A program made the translations under genes and the position numbers. The notes under the pieces are model-generated. The model made no database searches. It saw only the letters and a program-made list of their open reading frames with translations, and was not told where the DNA came from. Below, piece by piece: positions 60,153 through 64,000 of a DNA stretch of 64,000 nt (the first letter of the stretch is position 1; the number at the start of each line of letters is the position of its first letter). This DNA is from Flaccisagitta enflata (taxonomy: Eukaryota), in the NCBI GenBank assembly GCA_965153355.1, contig OZ231126.1:24366001-24430000 (forward strand). The letters are read 5' to 3'.

Positions 60153-61765
60153 AACAAGGCCAACACCTGTAAGTCGCGTGCAAGACTCACTTAATTACAT
60201 AATCCCCTAATTATTTGAGTACGTTATTTCCTGTAATGACAATAATGACTATAATTTCCTATTGACCTATAATTGCCTATAATGACCTATAATTACCTAT
60301 AATTACCCAAATTAAATAATGACCTAAAGGTACCTATAAAGACCTATGATTACCTATAATTACATATGGACCAATAATTACCTATAATGACGTATGATTA
60401 CCCATAATTACCCATAATTACCTTTAATACATAATGACCTATATTTAACTATAATGACCTATGATTACCTATAATTACCTATAATTACCCATGATTAAAT
60501 AATGACCTATACGTACCTATAAAGACCTATGATTACATATGGACCAATAATTACCTATAATGACCTATGATTACCCATAATTACCCATAATAACATAATG
60601 ACCTTTGATTACCTATAATTACCTATAATTGCATAATGACCTATAATTACCTATGATTAGCTATAATTACCTTTAATTGAATAATGACCTATAATTACCT
60701 ATAATTGTCTATTGACGTATAATTACCTATAATGACCTATGATTACCTATAATTACATAATGACCTATAATTACCTTTAATGACCTTTGATTACCTGAAT
60801 TTACCCATAATTTCATAATGACCTACAATTACCCATAATTACCTATAATTACCTATAACAACCTTTAGTTACCTATTATTACATAATGACCTATTATTAC
60901 CTATTATGATCTATATTTACCTTTAATCACCTATAATTATCTATAATTACCAATAATGACCTATAATTGCTTAATGACCTATAATTACCTATGATTACCT
61001 GTAATGACCTATAATGACCTTTAATTACCTATAATTACTTATGATTACATACTGACCCATAATTACCAATAAAGACCTATAATTACCTATAATTACATAA
61101 TGACCTATAATTACCTATAATGACCTATGATTACCTATAATGACCTATGATAACCTATAATTGCCTAATGGCCTATAATGACCTATAATTACCTATGATT
61201 ACCCAAATTTGCATAATTACCTAAAATTACCTATAATCATGTAAGTAAAAAGTGAAATGACTATATTGACTAAAATGACTTAGGACTTAGGACTTAGAAT
61301 GACTAAAAATGACTTAAAATGACTTAAAATGATTCAAAATGACTTATAATGACTTATAATGACTTGTAATGACATAAAATGACTTAAAATGACTTAAAAT
61401 GATGAAAAGGATTATATGGACTAAAATGACAATAATGACTTAAAATGACTTGGAATGACTTAAAATGCCTTGAAATCACTTGAAATGACTTAAAATCACT
61501 TGAAATGACTTAGAAAAACTTAAAATGACTTAGAATGACTTAAAATGATGAAAAGGACTATAATGACTAAAATGACAATAATGACTTAAAATGACTTAAA
61601 ATGACTTAGAATGACTTAGAATGACTTAGAATGACTTAGAATGACTAAAAATGACTTAAAGAAATAAAATTGATAAAAAAAGTAAAGTGTGACAGACCAA
61701 CCGACAGACCGACAGACCGACCGACGGACAAAGCGGGTTGTAGAGTCGCGTGCACGCGACTAAAA
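60153..61765 (+). mobile_element. Family A2 element expanded by two satellite arrays
   Basis: Same termini as 52309-52672. Contains (AATTACCTAT/AATGACCTAT)n at ~60240-61235 and (AATGACTTAA)n at ~61260-61660. Lies in the last intron of the EamA-like gene. Confidence 0.85.
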
Positions 61766-62149
61766 AGACAAACAAACATAATCAACCTCACATACAGTTC
61801 TCTATTCCATTGTCAAACACCTCTGTCACCTTTACCTAGCATCCAAATCTTTCATTTTCGCAGATGACGGCCTTGTTTGCGTATTCTTTCTACGTACAAG
61901 TCATGACGCCTCTCGCTGTAATTGGTGCCGCGCTGATCATCTTTGGCACCATCTTCTTAATTTGTATGAAACTCTTTCGGCGGAATTCGGAGAAGAGAAA
62001 ATTGGAGGAAAGAAGAGATGAAGAGAGACAAAATATCTCCCTTGATAGCATCAGTTCGGAGTAGGCAACACATGTTCGGAGCAGACGTTAATACTTTGCT
62101 CTTACGATTTTGCCAGTCCCCATCGACAACTTTTCTCGTTCTGAAGAAT

Positions 62150-62311
62150 TTTTAGTCGCGGACAAGCGACTCTACACCTTGCTATGTCGGTCCATCCGTC
62201 CATCCGTCCGTGCGTCCGTCCCTCCATAACATTCATGAATTGCGAGCGGTTTTTGCGTTACTGCCCCTGCCCAACCGTTCGCGATTGTGGTGTCGTGTAT
62301 CCGGCCTTGTT
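62150..62311 (-). mobile_element. Family A element, complete
   Basis: tttagtcgcggacaagcgact...gtgtatccggccttgtt. Further partial copies lie at about 3686, 10801, 16317, 17628, 23300-23452, 25713, 27326-27475, 29760-29912 and 63871. Confidence 0.7.
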
Positions 62312-63378
62312 TCCTCTCAACCACAACCTCGTCCATATTTTCCATTTCCTCCCCACTCTTTTGCCCAACCTCTACCAACATTCTCTCTTTCACCATCCGC
62401 CCTCTCTCACGTCGCTCCTCTTCTTTATTTTTCTGAATCATTTTCTATACCTACACCATATTTCGCTCTACCTCTGCTTATTTGGTTTTCAACAAGCCGC
62501 CTCCCTCTCCCTATCCTGCTTTATTCTTTCATTTTCTCCCACCCTCCAAATCCATTGTTTTTATCCAACAACTTAAACCTCTTTTCCCCCTTCCTGATTC
62601 AAATGCACCCAACATGTACATGATTCACATGCACATGATTCACATGTACCCGACAGTTTTCCAACTTATGCTTTTCCACCATTCTCCTCCTCCGCGTCTT
62701 TGTCCTCCTCCATTTTCTCCTTCTTTTCCTCGCTCTCTCAAATCTCGAGTGACGCCAAAGAATGATTTCCTTCATTTCACCCAAACCCAAAGCGCCGAAG
62801 TCACACGGACAATCTGTCGGCAACCAAATGATGTCGCCTCCTCTTCCCTCTCTTCCCCTTCCTCCTCCTCCTCGTCATCATCATCATCACTTTATGCTCC
62901 CCCATCCTCATCAATTTCCCTTTCCTCTTTGTCAAATCTTACACAGATACACCCCGACATAACGGACTTGAGACTAATGGATATTAGCTTATAACAGACG
63001 AGAAATCCTTTGTGTCATTTTGTTGTTTTTTGTTTTTTATTGGCAATGACGGAAATCCGTCTACAATTGATAGATGAAATTTGTCACGGGGTTCAACTGG
63101 ATCCCTCCTGAAACTCTTTCCTTTTTGCCTTGTTTTCTTTAGTCTTTATGTCAGTTCCTTTTCCCATTACATTTCAGTATAATCGAACTAATTAATCTTT
63201 TCACATTCAAGAATATTCCATTTTGATTATGTGTTCTTATGAATCTTACGCTCCGTGTTAACCCTTCACCGTCGAACATTTGACCGGCAACCGCTTCTGA
63301 AACGTTAGTTAAATCATGGGTTCTCCCTAACCTTATCAGCAACCAACCTCACCCCTGAATTTTCAGTCATATAGAAAG

Positions 63379-63454
63379 CCCCCTTGCCCCCTTGCCCCCT
63401 TGCCCCCTTGCCCCCTTGCCCCCTTACCCCCTTGCCCCCTTGCCCTCTTGCCCC
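63379..63454. repeat. (CCCCTTG)n heptamer repeat
   Basis: Visible directly. The minus strand is G4-capable. Confidence 0.85.
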
Positions 63455-63581
63455 ACAACCTAGCAGCCTCCTTCCTCCTCACCATATCTCCAAATGTCGC
63501 CCTCGACTATCGTCATCTTTCAGCAGCCGTCAGCAGCATCAGAACAAATCCAGGAGATTCGTGCCAGGAAATATATGAGAA

Positions 63582-63687
<106 letters not shown>

Positions 63688-64000
63688 AAAGTCCATGAGA
63701 AATCGGAGCGTTTATTTCCACATCCTTCATCCGTTTAGTTCAGTCCTTACTCTTTTTCTATTTTTGTACGATGCCTTGAAGCCCTGTGTTAGCCAAGAGA
63801 GAGAGAGAAGTGAGTGAGTGAAAGGCAGCGTATAAACTTTATAGCGTCAATCGTATCCGGGTGAAGCCTAAACAAGGCCGTATGAAAGGCAATCCTAGTC
63901 GCGGGAGGGTGGTAAGCCTATGACTCATAGGCTATGAGGCACTTGGGCAGGAGCAGTTACACAAAAAACGCGTATAATCAAGGAATGTGATGACTGACCA

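Larger units (their letters stand above)
58177..62064 (+). pseudogene. EamA/DMT-superfamily (SLC35G-like) transporter, multi-exon, probably pseudogenised
   Basis: Hydrophobic segments occur in the expected order. 58177: MDPLVRHLLWGVTLVSG...LLLIL, interrupted by a repeat at 58311-58856, then AGEIASISPLISVVW. ~59260-59445: YQQISSAGDFVAMEMGSAQILVPIITLLL...GVGILFALAGILLITKPNFIF, resembling SLC35G 'GD...GVVLIARPPFLF'. ~59974-60087: ILQFASVFGCQEVE...AGIAGNI[frameshift]RTTTIP|gtaag. Last exon cag|61864-62064: MTALFAYSFYVQVMTPLAVIGAALIIFGTIF...SE*. Confidence 0.65.

Noticed and set aside
60240-61660. Regular arrays as a possible CRISPR locus
   Set aside because: These are contiguous 10-mers without unique spacers, in eukaryotic DNA with no cas genes.

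Overview
Repeat-dense animal (eukaryotic) genomic DNA with a 10-N assembly gap at 32546-32555. Almost every ORF in the supplied track is a microsatellite artefact. The one clearly intact gene segment is not in the track as a whole ORF: two + strand exons (38644-38812 and 39366-39612) splice into a complete central-class Hox homeodomain followed by the peptide ENNLKSIND. This matches the Hox6/Lox5 signature I recall for Gnathifera and Chaetognatha, so an arrow worm is the likely source (inference). An intron splits the homeobox within codon R52, and the upstream hexapeptide exon could not be found. Other gene-like sequence is decayed: an EamA/SLC35G-like transporter pseudogene (58177-62064), two paralogous GH38 alpha-mannosidase-like exon remnants (26.7 and 57.6 kb), and a spliced transposase-like fragment (19751-20460). 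The rest is mainly Helentron/DINE-1-like non-autonomous elements carrying internal satellite arrays, TA-flanked MITEs, micro- and minisatellites, a recent ~0.87 kb triplication and a templated-insertion rearrangement. All homology calls are by eye; no database searches were run.
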